The notes under the pieces were generated by a model. The model was given only the letters and a program-made list of their open reading frames with translations. It was not told where the DNA came from and did no database searches. A DNA stretch of 58,270 nt from an uncultured Methylomarinum sp. (GTDB taxonomy: Bacteria; Pseudomonadota; Gammaproteobacteria; Methylococcales; Methylomonadaceae), in assembly GCA_964474415.1 (NCBI GenBank), contig CAYYSO010000001.1:1-58270 (forward strand), given 5' to 3'. The position numbers and the translations under genes are program-made. This document shows, piece after piece, positions 40,301 through 50,544 of the stretch (positions are counted from its first letter, which is position 1; the number at the start of each line of letters is the position of its first letter).

Positions 40301-42466
40301 AACCGTCGAGATTCGGAGCATATTCTCGAACAATGCCAAAAAAACATTCATCGTGGCAAAAACTGTGGTGATTTATACAACGCCGGATTGTCATATGGTC
40401 CTTATATCTGGCATTTGGTTCATCAAGGCAAACAATTTGACCGGGTGATTGACGTTGCCGGTGAATGTATCGCTTTTTCTGAAAAGTTCAATTTATCGCT
40501 GTCTTTGGGTCTGGCAGAAAGCGCCATTGCCGGCTGGGGCGATATGATGGTAACTGGGACAAGCAGTTATGATGCCCGGGACATGGCCGCCAAGCTGAAA
40601 AAATGGGAATCCGATAAACATGTTGTTTCCATCGGCGGCTATTACACCCTGAAGGGCATCAGTCTGCATTATCTAGGTGACTATCAACAAGCCGCCGAAG
40701 TGTTGAATTTGGCCCAGCCTTATCTTAGAGGACTCAGTGATAACATTCTCAATCGCCTTTGGTATGTGTTTCGTTATGTGAATAGTTTGAGATTACATAA
40801 CGCAATTTCCACAGAAGAACAAAAAATACTGGACGACTGCCTGCAGAAAGCTAAAACCTGGGCGGCATTAGGCCCAATTCTTAAACCCTATCTGGCTTTT
40901 ATGCAGATGGAAAAAGCCTTTTACCAGGATAATTTTAGTGAAAGCCGGCGCTTCAGTCTGGATGCCATAGACCTGGCCGTAAAAGAACAGTTTGTATTTT
41001 TGGGAGGCTATCTACAGCAACGTCTGGGCGAATTGCTGATTACCCATCAGCACGATCATGGCAGCTATCATTTGTTGAAGGCCGCGGAAGCTTATCGCTT
41101 GTGTTCAGCACAGGTGAAATGCCGGCAAATACAGGACAAATATTCCATAACACTTCAGAATAATGTTGATAATTCTGAACAATCCTTGGCGCGTCTATTA
41201 GATGTCGATTATCTTCTGCAAGCCACCCGGGCAATTACCCAACAGCTGGATTTTAATGCGCTGCTGAGTACGATTCTGCAGGCAGTCATGGAGCGTTTAG
41301 GGGCAAAAACAGGGTATTTACTGATTGTTGAAAATGACAATCTGCAAGCAGTCGCCCGAGGTAATAAACTCGATCAAGTGGAGGTAGAGCTCAGTAATGA
41401 TCATTCAATTGATACCGGCAATTTAAGTTGGGCAGTGGTGAACTATGTGTCTCGGACTGCGGAAATGCTGGTACTGGAAAATGCCTGTACGGAAGGGGAT
41501 TTTATCACCGACAGCGTAGTACAAACTCAACAGCTCAAATCTATACTGTGCATTCCCTTGTTAAAGCAGCAAAAAGTGCTGGGTATTTTGTATCTGGAGA
41601 ATAATCTGATTAATTCCGTATTTACCCGGGAACAAATCGAATTAACCCGGTTATTGACAGCACAAGCGGCTATTGCCCTACAAAATACCCAACTAATTAA
41701 GAATATGCGGCTGAGCCAGAATAAAATTGAAATACTGAACAAAGACCTGGAACAACGTGTCCAGGAAAGAACGGAAGAATTGAACAGAGCCAACCAGGAG
41801 TTAAAAAACTTTGCTTATGTGGTATCGCATGACTTGAAAGCACCGTTGCGGGCCATTAATCAGTTATCTGCCTGGCTGGCTGAGGATTATGCCGATGCTT
41901 TTGATGAAGATGGCCTGGAACAGATGGCTTTATTGAGGGATCGGGTCAAGCGTATGCATGAAATGATTGATGGTATTTTGCAATATTCGCGAGTGGGGAG
42001 AATTAAGGAAACAGAAGAAAATGTCGATATTGCCCAGTTAATTGAAGAAGTTATTCATCTGATTTCGCCGCCGGAGACCATAAAAATTAGTATTCAATCG
42101 CATTTACCTGTGATAAAGACTGAAAAACTTAGAATTTATCAGGTTTTTCAAAATTTACTGGATAATGCGGTAAAATATAACGATAAAGAACAAGGCCGGA
42201 TTGATGTCAGTTGCATAGAACAACAACAGTACTGGCAATTTTGTATCGCTGATAATGGTTCTGGTATTGATAAAAAATACCAGCAAAAAGTATTTCAGTT
42301 GTTTCAAACCTTAAAACCCAAGGACCAGTCTAACAGCAGTGGTATCGGACTGAGTCTGATAGAAAAAATCGTCAATAACTGGGGCGGTAAAATCCGCATA
42401 GAATCAGAAACCGGCAAAGGATGTGCATTTATTTTTACAATACCAAAAACAATAAACGATGAATAA
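37340..42466 (+). CDS. Ser/Thr kinase-like, AAA ATPase, GAF, histidine kinase (HstK-like hybrid)
   Basis: YLSPEQTGR, DLYALG; Walker A GLSGIGKT, Walker B FIDDLQW; GNPLF; GAF (SILCIPL..YLENN); SHDLKAPL; NLLDNAVKY, DNGSGI, GIGLS. Confidence 0.92.
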   Translation: MMKSLLNYQIIDRLGISLHAHVYKALADDNSGAVVVLKKINLQFCNPELAAYLQQQIDHLSDLSIEHIILPGVINPNSELLCLIQPWIQGQSLDKWMVNYPHPEMEEIIKIVLAIAGQVEQRHKAGHIHKSIKPSNVLIQSDPLKVKIIDDVRILDINQISHFIYNDYFRRQTLPYLSPEQTGRIKQTVNYSTDLYALGMIFYQLLTGKPPFLFDDPITIIHSHLAETPVPIHKINPAVPKTLSRIVSLLLEKAPEKRYQTASGLAIDLQRCLKDWQEHRHISRFTLKQKDFSNRITIPSLMVGRDQEKKCLLDEYNKACSGIFRAALISGLSGIGKTRLIQELQLPIVAHAGYFASGKFDQFKKHIPYSTLIQALTHLIKTFLTEDSQRIHYWQERISQQLGENGQLMIDLLPELELIIGPQSPVPDLPPVEARNRFNDVAEKFIACLASQEHPLTLFIDDLQWCDGATFDLLERMFNNAMDYPYLYWIGAYRHNEVDQSHRLTGLIKKVKQAKRPLQEIRLSPLKLSDVNQMTAYILNTYPSRTEVLADIIFHTSAGNPLFVNESLRWLHSYRHLRLGEDGVWTWDDEQLRHTAIPDSALDLFKDKIAKLNSESQRLLAIAACLGASFEAKDLALAADKSLADLYQALADCFVNNILLREKEQLFFFHDQVQAAAESFMNEARKRRVHKQIANALISAIPEHTDPESLPNLFAIVEHLADGRTDQQSEEERRQEAEFNYHAGINAMRALAMDNANFFFRQSKELFPDQSWDRHYAFLFSLHKYLARTEMALGHQPESEHILNILIEKSKNDLDRIDCLYEQTTGLSSMGKFKQAIELGNRALRFFNREIPDDDNQALAKSAVIIEQIHQGNRDIWQQILNIVPSGDRATKIETGIYSELIPDYYLAGMVPQLYLSAIQSTQNCLTGGVDETVIYGFSMVGLYLQRQDQYDMSFRYEDLGLALAERYPDTFGATKGINGILWTNMHNRRDSEHILEQCQKNIHRGKNCGDLYNAGLSYGPYIWHLVHQGKQFDRVIDVAGECIAFSEKFNLSLSLGLAESAIAGWGDMMVTGTSSYDARDMAAKLKKWESDKHVVSIGGYYTLKGISLHYLGDYQQAAEVLNLAQPYLRGLSDNILNRLWYVFRYVNSLRLHNAISTEEQKILDDCLQKAKTWAALGPILKPYLAFMQMEKAFYQDNFSESRRFSLDAIDLAVKEQFVFLGGYLQQRLGELLITHQHDHGSYHLLKAAEAYRLCSAQVKCRQIQDKYSITLQNNVDNSEQSLARLLDVDYLLQATRAITQQLDFNALLSTILQAVMERLGAKTGYLLIVENDNLQAVARGNKLDQVEVELSNDHSIDTGNLSWAVVNYVSRTAEMLVLENACTEGDFITDSVVQTQQLKSILCIPLLKQQKVLGILYLENNLINSVFTREQIELTRLLTAQAAIALQNTQLIKNMRLSQNKIEILNKDLEQRVQERTEELNRANQELKNFAYVVSHDLKAPLRAINQLSAWLAEDYADAFDEDGLEQMALLRDRVKRMHEMIDGILQYSRVGRIKETEENVDIAQLIEEVIHLISPPETIKISIQSHLPVIKTEKLRIYQVFQNLLDNAVKYNDKEQGRIDVSCIEQQQYWQFCIADNGSGIDKKYQQKVFQLFQTLKPKDQSNSSGIGLSLIEKIVNNWGGKIRIESETGKGCAFIFTIPKTINDE

Positions 42467-42863
42467 AACCCAGCCCATATTACTGGTTGAGGATGATCTG
42501 GTCGATGTGATGACTGTCAAACGCGCCTTTAGACAAATAGGCGTAGTCAATGACTTGCTGTCAGTGAGTAATGGTGAAGAGGCGCTTGCTTATCTTAATA
42601 ATCCAGCCCAGGGGTTGCCGTGCGTGATTTTGCTGGACATCAACATGCCAAAAATGAACGGCCTGGAATGCCTTGCTCTTTTGAAAGATCATTCTGTATT
42701 CAAAAATATTCCGGTAATTATGCTAACCTCATCTATAGAGCAACAGGATGTAGATCAGTCGTTTATGAACGGAATTTCCGGCTATATCCTTAAACCTTTG
42801 GACTATGCTCAGTTTCTGACCTCTATTCAAGTACTTTCGCCCTACTGGACGCTCAATAAATGA
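42459..42863 (+). CDS. Single-domain response regulator (Rcp-like)
   Basis: LLVEDD, LLDINMPKMNG, LTSS, YILKP. Confidence 0.93.
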   Translation: MNKTQPILLVEDDLVDVMTVKRAFRQIGVVNDLLSVSNGEEALAYLNNPAQGLPCVILLDINMPKMNGLECLALLKDHSVFKNIPVIMLTSSIEQQDVDQSFMNGISGYILKPLDYAQFLTSIQVLSPYWTLNK

Positions 42864-45010
42864 ATCAGATCCGCTTGTTATTAATCGAAGACGATCTTAC
42901 CGATCAGATGAGTTTTAGACGTTTCGTCAAGCATCAACAGCTCCCCTATGATTATGATATTGCCGGATCAGTTGCTGAAGCAATTGATTTACTAACTTCT
43001 ATAACTTATGAGATCATCCTGGCAGATCATGCCTTGGGCGACGGCACCGCATTCGATCTTTTTCCTTATATCCCCACAACTATTCCAGTCATTATTGTAA
43101 CCGGCAGCGGTAATGAAGAAACTGCAGTCAAGGCGCTTAAATTAGGCGCCGCCGATTATCTGACTAAAGATATTGAAGGGGATCACCTGAAGTTATTGCC
43201 GCTGGTTATTGACAATGTATTAAAAACCAAGGCGGCTGAAAAGGAACTGAACGCTTATCGTCTGCGTCTGGAAACGCTGGTTGAGGAGCGGACGATAGAG
43301 CTGCGTCAGGAAATTTCCGAACGATTAAATACCGAAGAAAAACTCAAACAGGAAAAAGAACGCGCTCAGGTCACCTTAAAATCCATTGGCGATGCGGTAA
43401 TAACTACAGACAAGAATGGATTAGTTGAATTCATCAATCCAACAGCGGAAAAACTGACCGGATGGCGCCAGGAGGAAGTCCGAGGTCTGGCGATTGACAA
43501 GATTTTTAATATTGTTGATGAAATTAGCAGAAAAGCATTGCCCTGCCCAGTCCAGAGTTGTTTGCAAGACGCTAAAATTGAGTATTTGAGTAAAAATACG
43601 CTGTTGGTTGACAGACAGAGCAAAGAGTATTCCATTCAGGATTCGGCTGCTCCTATTCTGGATGCAAACGGACGGGTTCAAGGTGTGGTACTGGTTTTCA
43701 GTGATGTGACCGATGCCAGAAGGCTATCCCGGGAACTGATCTACCAGGCAACTCATGACCCTTTGACCGGATTAGTGAACAGGCGGGAGTTTGAAAATCG
43801 TCTGCAAAGAGTTCTATCATCTCGTCATAAAACCCTCAATAAATTTGCTTTCTGTTATCTGGATCTGGATCAATTCAAGGTTATTAATGACACCAGTGGC
43901 CATACTGCCGGCGATGAATTGCTAAAACAACTCTCCTTTTTATTGCAGAATCAGGTCAGGTCCAGAGATACACTGGCCAGATTAGGTGGTGATGAGTTTG
44001 GCGTTTTAATGGAACATTGCACAATTGAACAAGCTGAACGGGTTGCCGATGCATTACGTGAAGCGGTTGCAGATTATCGTTTTAACTGGGAAGACAAAAG
44101 TTTCCGTATCGGCGTCAGCATCGGTCTGATTGAAATAACCGAAGAGTTTCATGATCTGAATGATTTATTGATCGTGGCTGATTCGTGCTGTTATGCGGCG
44201 AAAGATGCCGGTCGCAACCGGGTTTTTGTTTATCAGAAAAATAATGAAGAGATCAGGCGCCGTTCCGGACAAATGCAATGGGTTGCAAAGCTTCACGATG
44301 CGCTCGAAAATGAGCATTTTGCACTTTACAAACAATCCATCCGCAGCATCAATAATAACGAGGGAGAGCATTTTGAAACCTTATTGCGCATTAACAATGA
44401 GGATGGCTCTATTATTCAACCGGGGGCATTTATTCCGGCGGCGGAACGTTACGGATTGATGGACAAAATTGATCAATATGTTATCGAACATTGTCTGGCA
44501 TGGTATGCGGAACATAAGAATCAGCTGGATAATCTGTCATTATGTACGATAAACCTGTCGGGACATACCCTGGGCGCAAAAGGGGTTCTGGATTCTATTT
44601 ATAAACAGCTCAATTATTTTGCCTTGCCTTGTGAAAAATTCTGTTTTGAAATTACTGAAACAGCCGCGATCGCCAATCTTAATTTAGCGACAGATTTTAT
44701 GAAGACAGTGAAGATTAAAGGCTGCCGGTTTGCTCTGGATGATTTTGGCAGCGGCTTGTCTTCTTTCGCCTATCTGAAAAATATGCCCGTCGATTTCTTA
44801 AAGATTGACGGCATGTTTGTAAAAGATATTTGTGATGACCGGGTCGATCTGGCAATGGTGAAGTCAATTAATGAAATCGGCCACCTGCTGGACAAAAAAA
44901 CTATTGCTGAGTTTATTGAAACTGAATGTATTTATAACAAAATTGCCGAGCTAGGCGTTGATTATGCACAAGGGTACTGGATTGATCATCCGCAACCTTT
45001 TGCTGACTAA
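42860..45010 (+). CDS. REC-PAS-GGDEF-EAL protein
   Basis: LIEDD/ILADHAL REC, SIGDAVITTD PAS, RLGGDEF, FETLLR, LDDFGSG, AEFIE. Confidence 0.93.
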   Translation: MNQIRLLLIEDDLTDQMSFRRFVKHQQLPYDYDIAGSVAEAIDLLTSITYEIILADHALGDGTAFDLFPYIPTTIPVIIVTGSGNEETAVKALKLGAADYLTKDIEGDHLKLLPLVIDNVLKTKAAEKELNAYRLRLETLVEERTIELRQEISERLNTEEKLKQEKERAQVTLKSIGDAVITTDKNGLVEFINPTAEKLTGWRQEEVRGLAIDKIFNIVDEISRKALPCPVQSCLQDAKIEYLSKNTLLVDRQSKEYSIQDSAAPILDANGRVQGVVLVFSDVTDARRLSRELIYQATHDPLTGLVNRREFENRLQRVLSSRHKTLNKFAFCYLDLDQFKVINDTSGHTAGDELLKQLSFLLQNQVRSRDTLARLGGDEFGVLMEHCTIEQAERVADALREAVADYRFNWEDKSFRIGVSIGLIEITEEFHDLNDLLIVADSCCYAAKDAGRNRVFVYQKNNEEIRRRSGQMQWVAKLHDALENEHFALYKQSIRSINNNEGEHFETLLRINNEDGSIIQPGAFIPAAERYGLMDKIDQYVIEHCLAWYAEHKNQLDNLSLCTINLSGHTLGAKGVLDSIYKQLNYFALPCEKFCFEITETAAIANLNLATDFMKTVKIKGCRFALDDFGSGLSSFAYLKNMPVDFLKIDGMFVKDICDDRVDLAMVKSINEIGHLLDKKTIAEFIETECIYNKIAELGVDYAQGYWIDHPQPFAD

Positions 45011-45057
45011 GGTTATCTCTAAAAACAGGGCGCGTATCGCTTAGCAAGCCACCTTAC

Positions 45058-45080
45058 AGGGTACGCGGTGCGTACCCTAC
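45058..45080 (-). repeat. GTAG-family REP-like hairpin
   Basis: Minus strand reads GTAGGGTACGC-ACC-GCGTACCCT. Confidence 0.55.
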
Positions 45081-45141
45081 TCCTTACAATCCTAATGTGG
45101 GCTGTTGTCCATTGTTTTCTAATAGTTCCTATGCTCTGCAT

Positions 45142-45263
45142 CACTGTCATTAAGTTAAGCCGTTTGTTAAATTTAGCGTGGGCTGTAGGTGCGGATTTAT
45201 CCGCACAGTGCGAATGAATTCGCATCTACATCCGCCCCGAATTTCCTTAACTTAATGGCAGTG
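45142..45263. mobile_element. 122-bp MITE with IS4-like ends carrying a REP doublet
   Basis: 18-bp TIR CACTGTCATTAAGTTAAG/CTTAACTTAATGGCAGTG (1 mismatch); 11-bp direct repeat ATGCTCTGCAT at 45131-45141 and 45264-45274; internal TGTAG-hairpin-hairpin-CTACA at 45184-45230. Confidence 0.88.
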
Positions 45264-45333
45264 ATGCTCTGCATTCCGTAACGCAGAGAATAGATTGCTA
45301 TTTTGGTGGATTATTTATTGCCAGTTAAGTTGA

Positions 45334-46401
45334 TCACCGTTGTTTTTGTAATTGTCTGATTATCTTTTCAATAACCAACCGTTGTCGACCTATGTCTGCG
45401 CACAACTCAAACTGACTTTTGGCCCGATGTAAATTCTGTTCGGGATACTCTACTTTAAAATAGTGATCACCCTGCAAGTAATCAGTAAAAAACCGTATCC
45501 CCAATTCAAAGGGAATCAGTTCTATTGCGGCAAATAAATAGTCATAATCGGCCGTACTAAAAAAATGTCCGGCTTCCTGCAAGTAACTGGTTAAAATCAC
45601 TTCGCATAAATCCACATCAAAGCCGTTGGACTCTTTTATATGACAACAGGAACGCAGACAATCACCAATATCATAATGCACCAGTCCGGACTTTACGGTA
45701 TCCAGGTCAATCAAAGCGGTAATTGTGCGGGTATTTTTGCTAAACAAAAAATTGTTTAATTTCGGATCGCCATGAATGACTCGTTCCGATAACAGCCCTG
45801 CCCGTTTGGCTTTTTCCAGTACATCAACTTTATCAGCAAGGTTACGGATAAATTGTCTGCAAAATTTAACTTCCCCGTTCAAGCTTTTAATAGCGAATTG
45901 ATTGGCAACACGATGATATTGCTGCAGATACAGCGGGGTGATATGAAATCCCGGCAGAGTGTCATGTAAAGTATCCGCTTTCAGATCGCTAAACAGACGA
46001 TGAAAATGGGCCAGGGCAAAACCAGTTTGTTCCGCTTCAGTTTTATGAGTGATCGTTTCCCTGCTCTCGCTGCTTTCAATATATTGCAACGCCCGCCAAC
46101 AGTTCTGTTGATTATCATGAAGGCAATTCAGATCATCATGCGTTTTAATTAATACCGGAATAGTTAATTTTACTGAATCGGTTTTTCTGTGTTGGATATG
46201 CTTGTTTAACTTCAACAAGTTATCTATGATGAGATCTGCTTGTGGAAAAACCTGGCGGTTAATACGCTGCAGTACAAATGAAGTCGAGTTTGTTTTAACC
46301 AGAAAGGTGTCGTTAATCAAACCATTGCCAAGAGAACCTATATGAGTAATGGTCTGATTGCGGGCAAATTGTCTGGCAATGTGCAAGGGACTGAAAGTCA
46401 C
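45334..46401 (-). CDS. Aminoglycoside phosphotransferase-family kinase (N-acetylhexosamine 1-kinase-like)
   Basis: GNGLINDTF, LQRIN, LHDTLPGFH, IHGDPKLNNFLF, LIDLDTV; probable GTG start just after the rdgB stop. Confidence 0.85.
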   Translation of the reverse strand: MTFSPLHIARQFARNQTITHIGSLGNGLINDTFLVKTNSTSFVLQRINRQVFPQADLIIDNLLKLNKHIQHRKTDSVKLTIPVLIKTHDDLNCLHDNQQNCWRALQYIESSESRETITHKTEAEQTGFALAHFHRLFSDLKADTLHDTLPGFHITPLYLQQYHRVANQFAIKSLNGEVKFCRQFIRNLADKVDVLEKAKRAGLLSERVIHGDPKLNNFLFSKNTRTITALIDLDTVKSGLVHYDIGDCLRSCCHIKESNGFDVDLCEVILTSYLQEAGHFFSTADYDYLFAAIELIPFELGIRFFTDYLQGDHYFKVEYPEQNLHRAKSQFELCADIGRQRLVIEKIIRQLQKQR

Positions 46402-46403
46402 CG

Positions 46404-46997
46404 TTATTTCATCAACCCGTTCAAGGTTTTTAACGCCTGGCCACGATGACTGATGGTGTTTTTCACCTTCGGATCCAATTGTGCCGAAGCACATTGGTAT
46501 TCCGGCACCCAAAACACCGGATCGTAGCCAAAGCCGTTTTCACCGCAGGGCTTATCCAGTATGCGCCCTTTCCAGACGCCTTGAGCAATGACAGGAGTAG
46601 GGTCGTCAGCATGTTCCATAAACACGATCACACAAATAAAACGGGCGGTGCGTTGTTGTTCGGGCACGCCTTTCATGTCTTGTAACAGTTTCAGCAGGTT
46701 GTCCTGGTCGGAAGCACCTAAACCTGCATAACGCGCGGAAAAAATGCCCGGCGCTCCATTTAGGGCATCAACTGTCAAACCTGAATCATCGGCTATAGCG
46801 GCTGATTTAGCCTGAAATGCAGCATTGCGGGCTTTTATGATGGCATTTTCAATAAAGGTGGAACCGGTTTCTTCAGCTTCTTCAATATTAAACTGTGATT
46901 GCGGAACCACCGGATGTCCCGCCAGTATAGCCTGAAATTCCTTTATTTTCCCCGGATTACCACTGGCTAAGACGATTTGTTGATGCTCAGCAAACAT
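46404..46997 (-). CDS. rdgB: Non-canonical purine NTP pyrophosphatase
   Basis: ASGNPGK, ADDSGL, GAPGIFSARYAG, GFGYDPVF, SHRGQA. Confidence 0.96.
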   Translation of the reverse strand: MFAEHQQIVLASGNPGKIKEFQAILAGHPVVPQSQFNIEEAEETGSTFIENAIIKARNAAFQAKSAAIADDSGLTVDALNGAPGIFSARYAGLGASDQDNLLKLLQDMKGVPEQQRTARFICVIVFMEHADDPTPVIAQGVWKGRILDKPCGENGFGYDPVFWVPEYQCASAQLDPKVKNTISHRGQALKTLNGLMK

Positions 46998-47719
46998 TAT
47001 TTAACACTTGCAATCGCTTCACGTTGTTTTTCCAGCAGACTGTTAATACCGTGTTCAGCCAGTTCCAGCATATTATTCAATTCATCTCTTCTGAAGGCGT
47101 GACCTTCAGCAGTCCCCTGAATTTCAATGAAGGCGCCGGCATCATTCATGACGACGTTCATATCAGTCTCGGCATTGCTGTCTTCGACATAATCCAGATC
47201 CAGTACCGGCACGCCCTCATAAATACCGACAGAAACGGAGGCTATCTGTCCATGTAAAGGATTCTTTTTGATTTTATTTTTATCCAGCAGATGTTGAATG
47301 GCAATGGATAATGCCACAAACCCACCGGTAATTGATGCAGTACGGGTGCCGCCATCCGCCTGTATGACATCGCAATCAATGGTGATGCTGTTTTCTCCCA
47401 GGGCTTTTAAGTCTGCCGCAGCCCGTAGCGAACGCCCGATCAATCGTTGAATTTCCAGGGTTCGACCACCTTGTTTGCCGCGTCCCGCTTCGCGGGCCAT
47501 TCTCTCATGGGTCGATCGTGGCAGCATGCCATATTCAGCGGTAATCCACCCCTGGCCTTTGCCTTTCAAAAAACGCGGCACCCTGGCTTCAACACTGGCG
47601 GTGCAAAGCACCCGGGTATCTCCGAATTCAACCAGGACTGAACCTTCCGCATGTTTGGTGAAGTTGCAGGTAAATCGAATGTCTCTTAATTGATCAGGGT
47701 TGCGTCCGCTGGGTCTCAT
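46997..47719 (-). CDS. rph: Ribonuclease PH
   Basis: [34 protein letters not shown]. Confidence 0.97.
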   Translation of the reverse strand: MRPSGRNPDQLRDIRFTCNFTKHAEGSVLVEFGDTRVLCTASVEARVPRFLKGKGQGWITAEYGMLPRSTHERMAREAGRGKQGGRTLEIQRLIGRSLRAAADLKALGENSITIDCDVIQADGGTRTASITGGFVALSIAIQHLLDKNKIKKNPLHGQIASVSVGIYEGVPVLDLDYVEDSNAETDMNVVMNDAGAFIEIQGTAEGHAFRRDELNNMLELAEHGINSLLEKQREAIASVK

Positions 47720-47865
47720 GTACTATTCTCGACAAAATCAAAAAGCGACACAGTATACCCGCTTTTGACAGGAAATTTAATTTTCGCTATAAAACTGCAA
47801 ATAAAGTATGCCTGAAATAACCGATGTTAACACCTCAATTAGCAGATAGCCCCCATGCTCTGTAT

Positions 47866-47986
47866 CACTGCCTAAGCCAAGAAAATGAAAGTTGGATGTA
47901 GCTGCAATTCATTCGCACTGTACAGATAAACCCGCATTTACAACACTCATAACCAAATTAACAAAACAGCTTAATTCAGGAACGTG
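47866..47986. mobile_element. Degenerate inverted copy of the 45142-45263 MITE
   Basis: Aligns to the reverse complement of 45142-45263 (GGATGTAG..AATTCATTCGCACTGT..GATAAA.CCGCA); flanked by ATGCTCTGTAT and ATGCTCTGCGC. Confidence 0.75.
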
Positions 47987-48043
47987 ATGCTCTGCGCGGA
48001 AACAATAACCAACATATGGCTGGAATAAGACAGCGCTGACACT

Positions 48044-48949
48044 TCAATTGGCAATACTTAATGCCTGTTGTAATTCTGCCGCCGATTGCGGCCTGTCTTC
48101 CGGCTCTATGGACATGGACCAGTCGATTGCTTTGAGCAAGTATTCAGGAAATTTGTTTTTATAGACCATGACTGCAGGCTCCAGATTATCCTGTTGTTTT
48201 CTATCAGGCGCCGGAACAGGGGTTTTGTAATCCAGGCAGGAGCGCATACTTGCCCCTACCGCATAAATATCAGACCAGGGCCCCAAGTGGCTTTTGCTGG
48301 AATATTGTTCTATGGGTGAAAAGCCCTGAGTCAACACCTTGGTTCGGCTATTGTTCTGCTCGCAGGGAGGATATTTTTGAATGGCACCAAAATCAAGAAG
48401 CAAGGGGTCATGTTGGCCGCGAATCAGGATATTAGCCGGTTTAATGTCCAGGTGAACCAGGCTTTGCCGGTGTATAACGTCAATGCCGGTCAGTAGATCA
48501 TTAAAAACGGTGAGCAAAAACTGTTCATCGATTGTAAGGATCTTTTTTTGTAGAATTTTATCCAGTGTGAGGCCGTAATCATAAGTCATAACCATGTAAA
48601 CGGTATCGTTGGCCTGAAAAAAATTAATCACATCAACGATATTATGGTGTTTCAAATTTGCTAATACCTTGGCCTCCTCAAAAAACAAAGCCCGCCCTCG
48701 CATAAACAGGGTTTTAGTTTGGTCGTCATGAGGTATAACGATATTATTCCAGGTTCTGTGGGCCAGCTTTCTGGGTAAATATTCTTTGATGGCCACCTGC
48801 ATCTGATCATCCAGCTGTCTGGCCAGGTATACGGAGCTAAAGCCGCCGTGCGCCAGTTCCCGCTCGATCATATACTGGTCTATAATGGTACCCGATTGTA
48901 GATAATTCCACTTTTGCGGATAGGTTTCCGGATCGTAATATTCTGGCAT
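48044..48949 (-). CDS. Hanks-type Ser/Thr protein kinase
   Basis: GGFSSVY, VAIKEYLP, HLDIKPANI, DFG, SPIEQY, SDIYAVG. Confidence 0.93.
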   Translation of the reverse strand: MPEYYDPETYPQKWNYLQSGTIIDQYMIERELAHGGFSSVYLARQLDDQMQVAIKEYLPRKLAHRTWNNIVIPHDDQTKTLFMRGRALFFEEAKVLANLKHHNIVDVINFFQANDTVYMVMTYDYGLTLDKILQKKILTIDEQFLLTVFNDLLTGIDVIHRQSLVHLDIKPANILIRGQHDPLLLDFGAIQKYPPCEQNNSRTKVLTQGFSPIEQYSSKSHLGPWSDIYAVGASMRSCLDYKTPVPAPDRKQQDNLEPAVMVYKNKFPEYLLKAIDWSMSIEPEDRPQSAAELQQALSIAN

Positions 48950-48991
48950 GAGGGTACCCTTGGTTTATTGCCATACAATTATAGGTGAAAA

Positions 48992-50484
<1,493 letters not shown>

Positions 50485-50505
50485 TTTTATCCCGTTTTTT
50501 AAATA

Positions 50506-50529
50506 TGCCCGCTTAATTGTAAACGGGCA
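50506..50529. terminator. Possible terminator between convergent gmk and HDOD genes
   Basis: TGCCCG-N12-CGGGCA stem with T-rich flank. Confidence 0.4.
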
Positions 50530-50544
50530 ATTGATTTTTTATTG

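Noticed and set aside
45019-45225. 68-aa minus-strand ORF
   Set aside because: Runs through REP and MITE sequence; chance open frame
45334-46401. Antibiotic-resistance APH gene
   Set aside because: Motifs fit the sugar-kinase-like branch, and it sits in a housekeeping rph-rdgB operon
46402-46512. N-terminal extension of the phosphotransferase ORF
   Set aside because: Overlaps rdgB; family similarity begins after the GTG at 46401
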